Assembly: GCA_963815195.1 (NCBI GenBank) | Contig: CAWFGE010000022.1 | Span: 320,001 to 384,000, forward strand | Source: an uncultured Planctomycetaceae bacterium | GTDB lineage: Bacteria; Planctomycetota; Planctomycetia; Planctomycetales; Planctomycetaceae | DNA length: 64,000 nt | Direction of reading: 5' to 3' | Shown: piece after piece, positions 28,227-39,698 of the stretch | Layout: every line of letters starts with the position of its first letter | How positions within the stretch are numbered: the stretch's first letter is position 1 | Made by a program: the position numbers and the translations under genes | Notes under the pieces: generated by a model | The model's input: only the letters and a program-made list of their open reading frames with translations | What the model was told of the DNA's origin: nothing | Databases searched by the model: none

Positions 28227-30369
28227 GTGAAAGTCAATGTCGAGAAGGAAATTGGGGGCCGGAAATTTAGTTTGACAACGGGAGAATGGGCCAAACAAGC
28301 CAGCGGAGCCGTCGTCGTCCAATATGACGACACGGTGCTGTTCGTGGCGGCCCAAAGCGGACCGGCCCGGCCGGGAATTGATTTCTTTCCGCTCCAGGTG
28401 GATTACCGGGAGCGGCTCGCGGCGGCGGGGAAATTTGCGGGGGGCTTCCTGAAACGGGAAGGCCGGCCCACCACCAAGGAGATTCTCACCGCCCGCCTCA
28501 CCGACCGCCCGTTGAGGCCCTTGTTTCCCAAGGCCTATAAAGACGAGCTTCAAATCCAGGCGAACGTCCTCGCCGTGGACGGCCAGAACGATCCGGACGT
28601 GCTGACGATGACCGGAGCGAGTGCCGCGCTGATGATCGCCCCCGTGCCGTTTCAAGGCCCGATTGCGGGCGTGCGGGTCGGGTTGATCGACGGCGAGCTG
28701 GTGTTGATGCCCACCATCGAGCAGGCTCAAGAACAGCGAGCTCGATTTGGTCGTCGCCGGCAGCCGGGATTCGGTGCTGATGATCGAGGGCTTCGGGAAG
28801 CAAATCCCCGAACCGCAGATGGTCGAGGCGATCATGTTCGGCCACAAAGCGATCGTCGCGCTCTGCCAGTTGCAGCTGGAGTTCCGCGAAAAAGTCGCCC
28901 CCGCGCCCTACCAGTTCGAAGCCCCGCCGGAAAACCCGTTTTTGGAAATGCTCCGCCGGGACGCCTACTCCCGGCTTCGCCAGGCGAAACAGAACGACAA
29001 GAAGCAGGACCGCCACCAGGCGGCCGACGATTTGCGGGCCGAGTTCATCGGACGCCTGTTTCCCGAAGGCGCCGAAACGAACGCCCAGGGCCAGACCCTC
29101 GCGGACTTGAAGGAAGCCTTCTATCAGGTCGAGCACCAAGTCATCCGGGATTTGATTATCGAAGGCAAACGGCTCGACGGCCGAACCCCGCAGGATTTGC
29201 GGGATGTGACCTGCGAAGCGAGCATCCTCCCGCGCGTGCACGGTTCGGCGGTGTTCACCCGCGGGGAAACGCAATCGCTCGCCACCGTCACCCTGGGCAC
29301 CGCCCGCGATCAGCAGCGGATCGACGGGCTGTTTGACGAAGTCTCCGAGCGGTTCATGCTGCACTATTACTTCCCCTCGTTCTCGGTGGGCGAAGTCCGG
29401 CCGATCCGCGGTCCGGGCCGGCGGGAAATCGGGCACGGCATGCTCGCCCAGCGCTCGGTCGAGCCCGTGCTGCCTTCCGACAAGAAATTCCCCTACACCA
29501 TGCGGGTGATTTCGGACATTCTCGAATCCAACGGCTCAAGCTCGATGGCCAGCGTCTGTAGCGCCACTTTGTCGCTGATGGATGCGGGCGTCCCCATCTC
29601 CCAGCCGGTCGCGGGGATTTCCATCGGGATCGTGAAAGAGTCCGACGACAAATACATCCTCCTCACCGACATCATGGGGGATGAGGACCATCACGGCGAC
29701 ATGGATTTCAAAGTCGCCGGCACGCAAAAAGGCATCACCGGCATCCAACTCGATCTGAAGATCGACGGCATCAGCGAAAAGATCGTCCGCGAAACGCTGA
29801 CCCAGGCCCGCGACGCCCGGATTGCCCTCTTAAAGCGAATGCTCACCAGCATCCGCCGGCCGCGGGCGGAAATCTCCCCCTTCGCGCCCCGGCTTCAGCA
29901 GATCAAGATCGATCCCGAAAAGATCGGCCTGATCATCGGTCCCGGCGGCAAAACCATTCGGGCTCTCCAGGAATCCTCCGGGGCGAACATCGACATCGAC
30001 GACGACGGCACCGTGACCATCTCCGGCGCGAACGCCGAGTCCGTCAAAGCCGCCGTCGCGACCATCGAAGCCATGACCGAGGAAATCAAAGTCGGCCGGG
30101 TTTACATGGGCACGGTCAGCTCGGTCAAGGATTTCGGGGCCTTCATCGAAATCGCCCCCGGCAAAGACGGGCTCTGCCACATCAGCGAACTCTCCGAAGG
30201 CTTCGTGAAGTCCGTAACCGACATCTGTAAGCCCGGCGACAAACTGGAAGTCAAAGTCATCGCCGTGGACGAGCAAAACCGCGTGAAGCTCTCCCGCAAA
30301 GCCGTGCTCGCCGAGCAAGGCGGCGGCGATGGCGAGGAGGACGCGGACTTCGACGACGAGGAGGATTGA
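28227..30369 (+). CDS. pnp: Polyribonucleotide nucleotidyltransferase; one apparent frameshift (~28724)
   Basis: DFFPLQVDYRE, REGRP, RREIGHG, SNGSSSMAS, GDMDFKVAG, KH and S1 domains; split over two frames. Confidence 0.96.
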
Positions 30370-30430
30370 TTCGCGGAGTTATTGAATCGTCGAATCCCCA
30401 CTCTGAGAACGGATCGTCGGAGGAGGTGTC

Positions 30431-30973
30431 GTGAAACCACACACGCTATCCAACCAAAGGTTTTCCTTGGCCCTCCGATGGCAGATTCTTGTTGCCGTGG
30501 GCTTGCTATTTACCTTCGCGGGATGTTGGACGACGCGGAAAGACGTTTCTCAACAAAAGACCTATAAAGATCTCGTCGGGACCACTTGGCGGTTGAAACA
30601 AGGGCTATACATCGTCGAATATGTTGATGGAAGCGGCAAGCCCGGACAATTGGCCACCGCTTCGCACGCGACGCAAGGTAAGGAGACCGTGGTTGATGAG
30701 GATAATGTCGGCAAAACGTTTCTCGATACGATTATCAAGGGGGTTCTTCCGAACGGCACGGAAATCCGTGTCCTGAGCGTCATCGAAATAGACTCGTTCG
30801 AAGGTTATGATTCGTTCGATATCATGGTGCGTCCCACGGGCGAACTGGGTGACAAATGGCTCAAATTGGAAGGGGGCGATATCGAGGAGACAGGCTGGAT
30901 TAATGCCGTTGAGACAGGGAAGAAGGAATTTCAGGTGAAGATGAACACCGAACTTGTCGAGCAAGACAAGTAA
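30431..30973 (+). CDS. Hypothetical lipoprotein
   Basis: AGGAGG SD, lipobox FAGC, lower GC. Confidence 0.65.
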   Translation: MKPHTLSNQRFSLALRWQILVAVGLLFTFAGCWTTRKDVSQQKTYKDLVGTTWRLKQGLYIVEYVDGSGKPGQLATASHATQGKETVVDEDNVGKTFLDTIIKGVLPNGTEIRVLSVIEIDSFEGYDSFDIMVRPTGELGDKWLKLEGGDIEETGWINAVETGKKEFQVKMNTELVEQDK

Positions 30974-30976
30974 ATT

Positions 30977-31108
30977 CAGTAGTTCCAAAAGGCTCGGAAA
31001 AGGAATGAGTTCCCCAAGAGCCGCGCACGAAGTAAGCGGTTTTTCTAGGTTTACAGATCGCAATACCGCTTACTTCGTGCGCGGCTCTGGCGTTTTTTGG
31101 AACGACTG
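30977..31108 (+). mobile_element. 132-bp MITE-like element, copy 1
   Basis: TIR CAGTAGTTCCAAAA/TTTTGGAACGACTG, internal 23-bp IR AGAGCCGCGCACGAAGTAAGCGG, AAATT on both flanks. Confidence 0.8.
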
Positions 31109-31164
31109 AAATTGGCAATTATGGCTCCGAATCTCTGACGCGGTGAATGTTGGGTCGCGGATTG

Positions 31165-31911
31165 ATGGCTGATGATGCTCCGCTCGGCAATGAGGAACGG
31201 CAGCGGCTCAAAGCTCAGACCGCTGAAATCGCCGCCCTCGCCGGCGGCTTGGCCCATGAGATCAAAAACCCGCTCTCGACCATCAGCCTGAACCTGGAAC
31301 TGATGGCGGAAGAGTTGGACCACTCTCCCGAAAACTCCCCCCGCGACCGGAGATTTCTGCAGAAGATCAACACACTCCAGCGGGAATGCCGGCAGCTCAA
31401 TCAGATTCTCGAAGCCTTCTTGCAGTTCGCCCGCCCCGGCGAATTGAAATTGGCCCAGCGGGACTTGAACCAGTTGGTGCGGGATTTTATCACATTCTAT
31501 CAGCCGCAGGCCGACGACCACGGCATCGAGATCAGCCCGCATCTGGCCACGGACTTGCCGATGGTGGAATTCGACGAGTCCCTGATGCGGCAGGTGCTCT
31601 TGAATCTGGCTCTGAACGCGCAGCAGGCGATGCCCGAGGGCGGCCTGTTGGAACTCCAAACCTACGCCGGCCCGAAGGGGGTTTGCCTGGAGTTGATCGA
31701 CAACGGCTCTGGCATGGACGAGCGGACCCGCTCCCGGATGTTCCAGGCGTTTTTTTCGACCCGCACGACGGGCAGCGGCCTGGGACTTCCCACGGTGAAA
31801 AAAATCGTCGAAGCCCACCGCGGCACGATCACCTGCGAAAGCGAAGTCGGCCGCGGCACCCGCTTTACAATCACGCTGCCCCCCGCCGCCGAGCAAACCG
31901 GCATTGAATAA
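31165..31911 (+). CDS. Sensor-less cytoplasmic histidine kinase
   Basis: LAHEIKNPL, NLALNA, DNGSGM, GSGLGL; no TM or sensor domain. Confidence 0.92.
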   Translation: MADDAPLGNEERQRLKAQTAEIAALAGGLAHEIKNPLSTISLNLELMAEELDHSPENSPRDRRFLQKINTLQRECRQLNQILEAFLQFARPGELKLAQRDLNQLVRDFITFYQPQADDHGIEISPHLATDLPMVEFDESLMRQVLLNLALNAQQAMPEGGLLELQTYAGPKGVCLELIDNGSGMDERTRSRMFQAFFSTRTTGSGLGLPTVKKIVEAHRGTITCESEVGRGTRFTITLPPAAEQTGIE

Positions 31912-31926
31912 TAATTAACGCAAACA

Positions 31927-32058
31927 AAGTCGTTCCAATAAACGCCGGAGCCGCGCGCGAAGTCAGCGGTATTGCGATCTGTAAATCTAGAAAAACCGCT
32001 TACTTCGCGCACGGCTCTTGGGGAACCAATTCGTTTTCCGAGCCTTTTGGAACGACTG
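31927..32058 (-). mobile_element. 132-bp MITE-like element, copy 2 (inverted)
   Basis: Near reverse complement of 30977-31108. Confidence 0.8.
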
Positions 32059-32360
32059 AAACTGTAAGCGGTTGGGTGGCTGGGGCGCAAATCCTCTCAA
32101 AAAAGGCTTGAATTGCGAATGCTGGGGCTGTGGCCGGGCGAGAAAAATCTCACACGGCCCCAGGCCTCAAATCCCCTTTTTCCGTGGAACATTTCTTTGC
32201 ACCCGGCCACCCCCCGAGCCAACCGGGATTGGACAACAATTCGCCATCGCGAAGAAATAGGGATGGATGGGAAACCGCCGCAAATCTTATTCAAGGCGGT
32301 TCTTTGCGTGCATCGCGGCTTTGCGTTAAAACTGCGTTATGGTATCTGGTGCATCTCTCA

Positions 32361-32427
32361 CTAGCCCAAAGCGCCAGCGAGGGAAGCCACGTTTTCGAGT
32401 GAAATCCCCGCTGGCGCTTCGGGCCAG
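32361..32427. repeat. REP-like doublet (family E)
   Basis: CTAGCCCAAAGCGCCAGCGAGGG / CCCGCTGGCGCTTCGGGCCAG. Confidence 0.55.
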
Positions 32428-32466
32428 CGAGACTTTTTCGATCATCTTGCATCCTGCGGACAACGG

Positions 32467-33885
<1,419 letters not shown>

Positions 33886-33961
33886 GAGACCCGTCGGCAG
33901 TTAGAAGCCGCCGCTACGATTGCGAGTCGGCACTTTTTCATTTCTTCGCGGGAGCAGCGGG

Positions 33962-34339
33962 ATGGCGAAGCAAAAGCAGAAAGCGGGCAAACGCTCCACG
34001 CGGGATTGGATCGTCCGCATGGCGATTTTCGGAACGCTTGCGGTCGTGTTGGTGCTCGCGGTGTTGGACTATCGCATGAAGAGCCAGGCCAGCGAAACCG
34101 GCGTGGTCTGGCGGGACCTCTTGAACAAGTCGAACGCACAAGACATTCCCAGGCTGCCGGAGGGCCAACTCACGGAAAGTCTCATCGGATCGCCCGACGT
34201 GGAAAAACGCGAAGACCCCGACCAAAATATTTACACCTGGAAAGGGCCGTTTCGGAAATACGAAATTACGGTCACCTTCGAAGCCGGCGGCAGCCGGGTG
34301 GTCGAAAGCATCCGAGGCCCCGGCGACGACGAGGAGTGA
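33962..34339 (+). CDS. Hypothetical membrane-anchored protein
   Basis: Basic N-terminus + TM helix, GGAG upstream, host-like codon use. Confidence 0.7.
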   Translation: MAKQKQKAGKRSTRDWIVRMAIFGTLAVVLVLAVLDYRMKSQASETGVVWRDLLNKSNAQDIPRLPEGQLTESLIGSPDVEKREDPDQNIYTWKGPFRKYEITVTFEAGGSRVVESIRGPGDDEE

Positions 34340-34419
34340 AAGCGTCTTCACTCGAAACGCCGATGATTCATCCGCCGCTCGGCCCTTGCCCGCGGTTTCA
34401 TCTTTCGCAGCGGAAAAAC

Positions 34420-35217
34420 ATGCAGGAAACCATCACCGACAATCTCTACAACTACCCCAAGTATTACGATTTGGTGTTCGGCTCGGACTGGGCGGCGGAG
34501 TTCCATTTTTTCCAGGCCTGCTTCGAAACGCTGGCGAAGCGGAAGGTCACACGCATCCTGGAGCCGGCGTGCGGGACGGGGCGGCTCTTGGTGCGGATGG
34601 CCGAGGCGGGATACGAAACCGCCGGCCTCGATTTGAACCCCGCCGCGGTCGCGTTCTGCAATCAGCGGTTTGAGCGAAAGGGCCGAGCGCCGGTCGCGAT
34701 CGTGGGCGACATGGCGGATTTTTCGCTCCCAGGTTTCGGGAGTGCGCGGAAGTTCGACGCGGCGTTCAATCCGATCAACAGCTTTCGGCATCTGCCCACC
34801 GAAGCCGCCGCGGAAAGCCATCTGAAATGCATGGCGGACGCGATCGCCAAGGGCGGAATCTATCTCCTCGGCCTGCATCTCACGCCGACGAAAGGCGAGC
34901 GGATCGAGGAGGAAGCCTGGTCCGCGAGCCGGGGGCATCTCACGGTCAATTCCTCCATGTGGTCGGAATCGCTGGACCTCAAGAAGCGAAACGAAAAAGT
35001 CGGCATGACCTTCGACGTTTACACGCCGACCCGGCAGTTTCGCATCGTGGACGAAATGGACTACCGCACTTACACCGCCCCGCAAATGGCGAAGCTCGTC
35101 AGCCGCGTCCCCGCTTGGGAAATCGCGGGGACTTATGATTTCACCTACGACATCGAAGCCCCCATCGACATCGATGCGTCCACCGAAGATGTGGTGTATG
35201 TCCTGCGAAAACGGTAG
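34420..35217 (+). CDS. Class I SAM-dependent methyltransferase
   Basis: YPKYYDL, ILEPACGTGR, GDMADF. Confidence 0.9.
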   Translation: MQETITDNLYNYPKYYDLVFGSDWAAEFHFFQACFETLAKRKVTRILEPACGTGRLLVRMAEAGYETAGLDLNPAAVAFCNQRFERKGRAPVAIVGDMADFSLPGFGSARKFDAAFNPINSFRHLPTEAAAESHLKCMADAIAKGGIYLLGLHLTPTKGERIEEEAWSASRGHLTVNSSMWSESLDLKKRNEKVGMTFDVYTPTRQFRIVDEMDYRTYTAPQMAKLVSRVPAWEIAGTYDFTYDIEAPIDIDASTEDVVYVLRKR

Positions 35218-35263
35218 TTTTGTTCGCCTGGACTTTTGCAAAAAGCGCTCAAGCCACTCGGAA

Positions 35264-36508
35264 TCAATAGTCTCTCACGGCACCGTCGGGCAACGTCGGC
35301 TTGGGCCATTTGAACTGGCGGCGGGGGTCGGCGTTGACTTTGGCGAACTGGGATTCATCGATCTCGACGCCCAAACCGGGTCCCTCGGGCAAGGTGGCAT
35401 AGCCTTTGTCGTCGATCTCAAAACTCTTCTTCGCGACGCCCGCGGGCATGATGTGGCCGTCGAGGTACATTTCGTGAATCAGCAAAAACGGTACGCTGAA
35501 CGCGCAATGCAAACTCGCCGAGACGCCCAACTCCGAGCAGGTGCAATGCGGGGCGAGCGGCACGAAATAGGCCTCGGCCAGGGTCGCGATTTTTTTCATC
35601 TGGCTGATGCCGCCGGTGTGCCCGCAGTCGGGCTGCAGAATGTCGATGCAGCGTTCCTGCAGATAAGGCAGCATGCCCCAGATCGTGCGGTCCCGCTCGC
35701 CGGTCGCCATCGGGATTTGGATGTGCTGCTTGAGCCGCTTGAAGACTTCGATGTTCCCTGGAACCGCGACCTCCTCCAGAAACAGAATGTCATAAGGCTT
35801 GATCGCCGCGGCGAGTTGAATCAGCATGGCGGGCGGGACGGCACAGTGGGCATCGAACATCACACAGCCGTCGGGACCGACCCGCTCGCGGGTGTTCTTG
35901 ACGTTCTTGACGAGGTGTTCGATGTCCGGCGGATCGCCGCTGTAGGGATGCGGGCCGCCCGTGCCGGTCTTTTGCGCTTTGGGCGTGGGATAGACGCGGA
36001 CCTTGTCCCGCGTGGGACCGCCCAACAACCGGTACACCGGCACGCGCCAGGCTTGGCCGGTGATGTCCCACAACGCCATGTCGATCGCCGAGATGACATG
36101 CGTCATAAACGGCCCGCCCCGCATATCGCGGTGCGCGCGATACAACTTTTGCCAGAGATATTCGATCCGCGTGGGGTTCTCGCCGTCCAGAAGTTCGAAC
36201 AAAGAATGTGCCAGGGACACGGCGACTGTGGGCTCGAGTCCCGTGACTTCACCCCAACCGGTGAGGCCGGCGTTGGTTTTTACTTTGATATAGGCTTTGG
36301 TCCCCACGCGAAAGCCGCGCAGCGATTGAATCTTCAAATTCGCCCCCCGGTCCGCGACCTGAGCGGCCGGGTTGTCGTCAGCGGGCAACGCCTCCCGCAG
36401 GAACGCCAAACCCGCCGCGGCCGCGGCTCCCGCACCCAACAATCCGCGGCGAGTGCACAGCGATTCTTTCATCGCCGGCGTCTCCAAGCGTTCCCCGTGT
36501 TTGTCCAT
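35264..36508 (-). CDS. Mandelate racemase/galactonate dehydratase-like enzyme with Tat signal (alternative start 36472)
   Basis: TRRGLL, SAIDMALWD, FDAH, FLEE, TGER, QPDCGHTGG, APHC. Confidence 0.9.
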   Translation of the reverse strand: MDKHGERLETPAMKESLCTRRGLLGAGAAAAAGLAFLREALPADDNPAAQVADRGANLKIQSLRGFRVGTKAYIKVKTNAGLTGWGEVTGLEPTVAVSLAHSLFELLDGENPTRIEYLWQKLYRAHRDMRGGPFMTHVISAIDMALWDITGQAWRVPVYRLLGGPTRDKVRVYPTPKAQKTGTGGPHPYSGDPPDIEHLVKNVKNTRERVGPDGCVMFDAHCAVPPAMLIQLAAAIKPYDILFLEEVAVPGNIEVFKRLKQHIQIPMATGERDRTIWGMLPYLQERCIDILQPDCGHTGGISQMKKIATLAEAYFVPLAPHCTCSELGVSASLHCAFSVPFLLIHEMYLDGHIMPAGVAKKSFEIDDKGYATLPEGPGLGVEIDESQFAKVNADPRRQFKWPKPTLPDGAVRDY

Positions 36509-36710
36509 TGCGCGTCTCCAAGTTCTGATAACAATCGGCCGCCGAACGCTTGACCTGTGACGAACGTTAAACTCAACGATACGACAACTAATCTGAGCGA
36601 GAAGCGAAGCATGGACCCCCCTCTTTGGGGTCGCAGAGCAAATTCACGGTTACGATTTGCGGGGCCTTTCACGGATTCTAGCGCGAATCGGCGAATGGTT
36701 CAAATAAAAA

Positions 36711-36854
36711 GGCGAGCGGGGGGCGTCAGCCCCCTGGTTACTCCCGATTGTTTGTAATGGTCTGTTCCAAAACGCACTTTGGAAAAGCTGATTGGACAAG
36801 AGAATCAAAACAACCAGGGGGGCTTACGCCCGGGGCTTACGCCCCCCGCTCGCC
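36711..36854. repeat. REP-like family C doublet
   Basis: GGCGAGCGGGGGGCGTCAGCCCC / GGGGCTTACGCCCCCCGCTCGCC, with an internal partial duplication. Confidence 0.8.
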
Positions 36855-38233
36855 TATGTCAGCAGATACGCGTTGGCGATCGAGATGCCGGAGAGCATGG
36901 CCCCGATGATGCCCAGAAAGCCCTGGTCGGTGCCGCAGAGATAGAGGTTTTCCACGGGCGTCCGGCCGTCGATGCGTTTTTCGGGGGCGCCGTAAACCGC
37001 GCCGTTGAGGTGCCCGGTGAACTTTTCGATCGTCCGCGGCGTGAAGGCGTCGGTGTCGATCACGTGATCTCGAAAATCGGGCATGATCCGCACCGCGGAT
37101 TCCACGATTTTCTCCGTCCAATACCGTTTCTGCTCCTGATATTCGTCCTCCGGCCAATTCATCCAGGGCGTCGGGTCGGCGAGGGCGGTGATGCGAATGA
37201 TGCCTTCCGTGCGCGGCGTCTCGTATTGAAAATTGTTGGGCGAGCAGATAATCCCGCTTCGCACATCCACGGGCGCATCGGGGCGGACGTAATGAAAATC
37301 GGCCGACTCGTTGTAAAACACGATCGTCTGATGATGCCCCAGTTCGCTGGGGAGGCAATCCAGTGAGAAGATGGTCTCCACGAAGGAAATCTCGCCGGGC
37401 CGTTCGCGTTCGGCGACCCTTTCGTCGCCTGCGACCAATCGCAGCGTCTCCACGAGGCCGGCGGACGAGAGCACGTTGTCCGCTTCGAGAATCTGCCCGT
37501 CCTCCAGTTCGACGCCGACGGCTTTGTTTTGGCGGGTGAGGATTTTTCGGACGCCGCTCCGCAGTTTCAGTTCGCCGCCCTGCTCGCGAAACTTGCGGAC
37601 GAGGGCTTTCAAAATCGGTCGCACTCCTTGTTCGGGCCGGGCGAAGCCTTCGCGGAAAATGCTTTTGAACAGAATCGCGAACTGGTTGAAGTCCATATCG
37701 TGGGGCGTGGCGCTCCCATAAAACAGCAGCGGGCAAAACAGCATATCGATCAGCATCGGATCGGTGAGGTATTCGCCCACGACCTCTCGGCCCGACATCG
37801 GTTTGCGGTCGAGGTTGGTGCCGTCGTGCTGTTCGATCCGCTCGGCCAACTTACGAAAGCGGTCTTTCTGGTCGGGAAACTCCTCGGCGACCTGTTGGGC
37901 GAGGTGTTCAAAGTCATTGGTGAACGTTAGCCGGCGGCTGAAAAAATCCACCGCCGACTCGTTCTGTGGGCAGAGCGCGAAATCGTCCCACGACAATCGG
38001 AGTTGCCGGAGCAGTTTCGGCAAAGGCCCTTTGCGGGTGCCTGGAGCGGCGTAGTTGGTCATCGCGTGCAGGCCGACATCGTAGTTCCGCCCGCGGAGGC
38101 GATAGAACGAATTCAGCCCGCCGATGGTGGTATGGCGTTCGAGAACTGCGACGGTCTTGTCGAAGTAGGCCAGCCGAATTCCGGCCGCCAACCCCGACAA
38201 CCCGGCCCCGATGATAAGCGTGTCGTATTTCAC
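36854..38233 (-). CDS. Phytoene desaturase-like FAD-dependent oxidoreductase
   Basis: IIGAGLSGLAAG, FTPRTI, GAVYG, LCGTDQGFLGIIGA. Confidence 0.88.
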   Translation of the reverse strand: MKYDTLIIGAGLSGLAAGIRLAYFDKTVAVLERHTTIGGLNSFYRLRGRNYDVGLHAMTNYAAPGTRKGPLPKLLRQLRLSWDDFALCPQNESAVDFFSRRLTFTNDFEHLAQQVAEEFPDQKDRFRKLAERIEQHDGTNLDRKPMSGREVVGEYLTDPMLIDMLFCPLLFYGSATPHDMDFNQFAILFKSIFREGFARPEQGVRPILKALVRKFREQGGELKLRSGVRKILTRQNKAVGVELEDGQILEADNVLSSAGLVETLRLVAGDERVAERERPGEISFVETIFSLDCLPSELGHHQTIVFYNESADFHYVRPDAPVDVRSGIICSPNNFQYETPRTEGIIRITALADPTPWMNWPEDEYQEQKRYWTEKIVESAVRIMPDFRDHVIDTDAFTPRTIEKFTGHLNGAVYGAPEKRIDGRTPVENLYLCGTDQGFLGIIGAMLSGISIANAYLLT

Positions 38234-38335
38234 ACAAGTTCAGACGATCGTAAAAGCGCAATGGAAACGCCGACGCTTTTCGGCCGACGGCGAGGACTGT
38301 TGATACTGTAGTCCGGCTATTCGATAATGCAACTA

Positions 38336-38466
38336 AGGCGAGCGTGGGGCGTCAGCCCCATGATGATTCCCGATCACGTGCGTCAGTCATATTTATGGCG
38401 GGCTCTGCGGTTCGGCGCTCAACTCTTGATGGACGCAATCATGGGGCTGACGCCCCCCGCTCGCCT
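38336..38466. repeat. REP-like family C doublet
   Basis: AGGCGAGCGTGGGGCGTCAGCCCCATGAT / ATCATGGGGCTGACGCCCCCCGCTCGCCT. Confidence 0.85.
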
Positions 38467-38495
38467 GTTTTTTCGTTACTTCTTTTGGAATCAGC

Positions 38496-39498
38496 ATGAG
38501 CCAACTTCCCGAAAGCTTCGCGTGTTATCTCGTTCGCAAGGCGGGCAAGGATCAGATTGAAGCCGGCGTCGAGCGGCGGCCGTTGGTGGAACTGCCCGCG
38601 GGGGAGGTGCTGATTCGCGTGGAATATTCCTCCTTGAATTATAAGGATGCCCTGGCGAGCACGGGGCATCCGGGCGTCGTCAAGAGTTTCCCGCACGTGC
38701 CGGGGATCGATGCGGCGGGGACGGTGGCCGCCAGCGATTCGGAACAATTCACCGCGGGCCAGAAGGTGCTTGTGACGAGCTACGAGTTGGGTTCCGGGCG
38801 GTGGGGAGGCTGGGCCGAGTACGTTCGCGTTCCCGCCGATTGGGTGATTCCCCTGCCCGCAGGATTGACGGCCAAAAACGCCATGACCTATGGCACCGCG
38901 GGGTTCACGGCGGCCCAGTGCGTGCTTGCGACTAAAGGATCACGAGATCACGCCTGAAAAAGGAGAAGTCGTCGTCACCGGAGCCACCGGCGGCGTGGGC
39001 GTGTTCGCGGTGCAGTTTTTGGCCCACTTGGGATACCAGGTTACGGCCGTCACCGGCAAGGCCGACCGCCGGGATTGGCTGAAATCGCTGGGTGCCGCGA
39101 CTGTGATTGATCGAAGCGAAGTGGACGACCAAAGCGGCAAGCCGTTGCTTAAGGCCCGCTGGGCGGGAGCGGTCGATACCGTCGGCGGCAATACATTGGG
39201 CACACTGCTTCGCAGCCTGGACCGCTCCGGGTGCGCGGCGGCGTGCGGCCTGGTGGGAGGCGCCGATTTGCCGATCAGCGTGTACCCGTTCATCCTCCGC
39301 GGCGTGACGTTGGCGGGCATCGATTCCGGCTTTTGCCCCATGCCCCGCAGGCAAGAGATCTGGAACCACCTCGCCACCGATTGGAAGCTCAAGAACCTGG
39401 ACGATCTCGCCACGGACGTTCCGCTCAAAGATCTCGAACCGCACATCCAAGCAATGCTCCAAGACCTTCACGCCGGACGCACGGTGGTTGCGCTTTGA
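38496..39498 (+). CDS. YhdH/AcuI-type MDR oxidoreductase; apparent frameshift (~38931)
   Basis: SSLNYKDALA, PGIDAAG, GTAGFTAA in one frame; VTGATGGVG, PFILRGV in the next. Confidence 0.9.
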
Positions 39499-39528
39499 AA
39501 GGGCTCAATAAATAACTTGATCGACGAA

Positions 39529-39555
39529 ATCATGGGGCTGACGCCCCACGCTCGC
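39529..39555. repeat. REP-like family C single copy
   Basis: ATCATGGGGCTGACGCCCCACGCTCGC. Confidence 0.75.
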
Positions 39556-39698
39556 GGCGCATCGACTTTGTAACATCTGGCCGTTTTTAGGGATCGGCTA
39601 TTGACCCTGTCATATTGGCACCACAAAATATGGATGGGATATGTTCATACCATTCCCGTCTAATCGTTTGGCTCATCGGCAAGGAAAGGAATGCGAGG

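Noticed and set aside
28700..28750. Programmed frameshift in pnp
   Set aside because: No slippery sequence; one extra G, one of many similar indels.
36854..38233. Carotenoid or unusual-lipid gene cluster
   Set aside because: The desaturase-like gene has no crtB, ACP or fab neighbours here.
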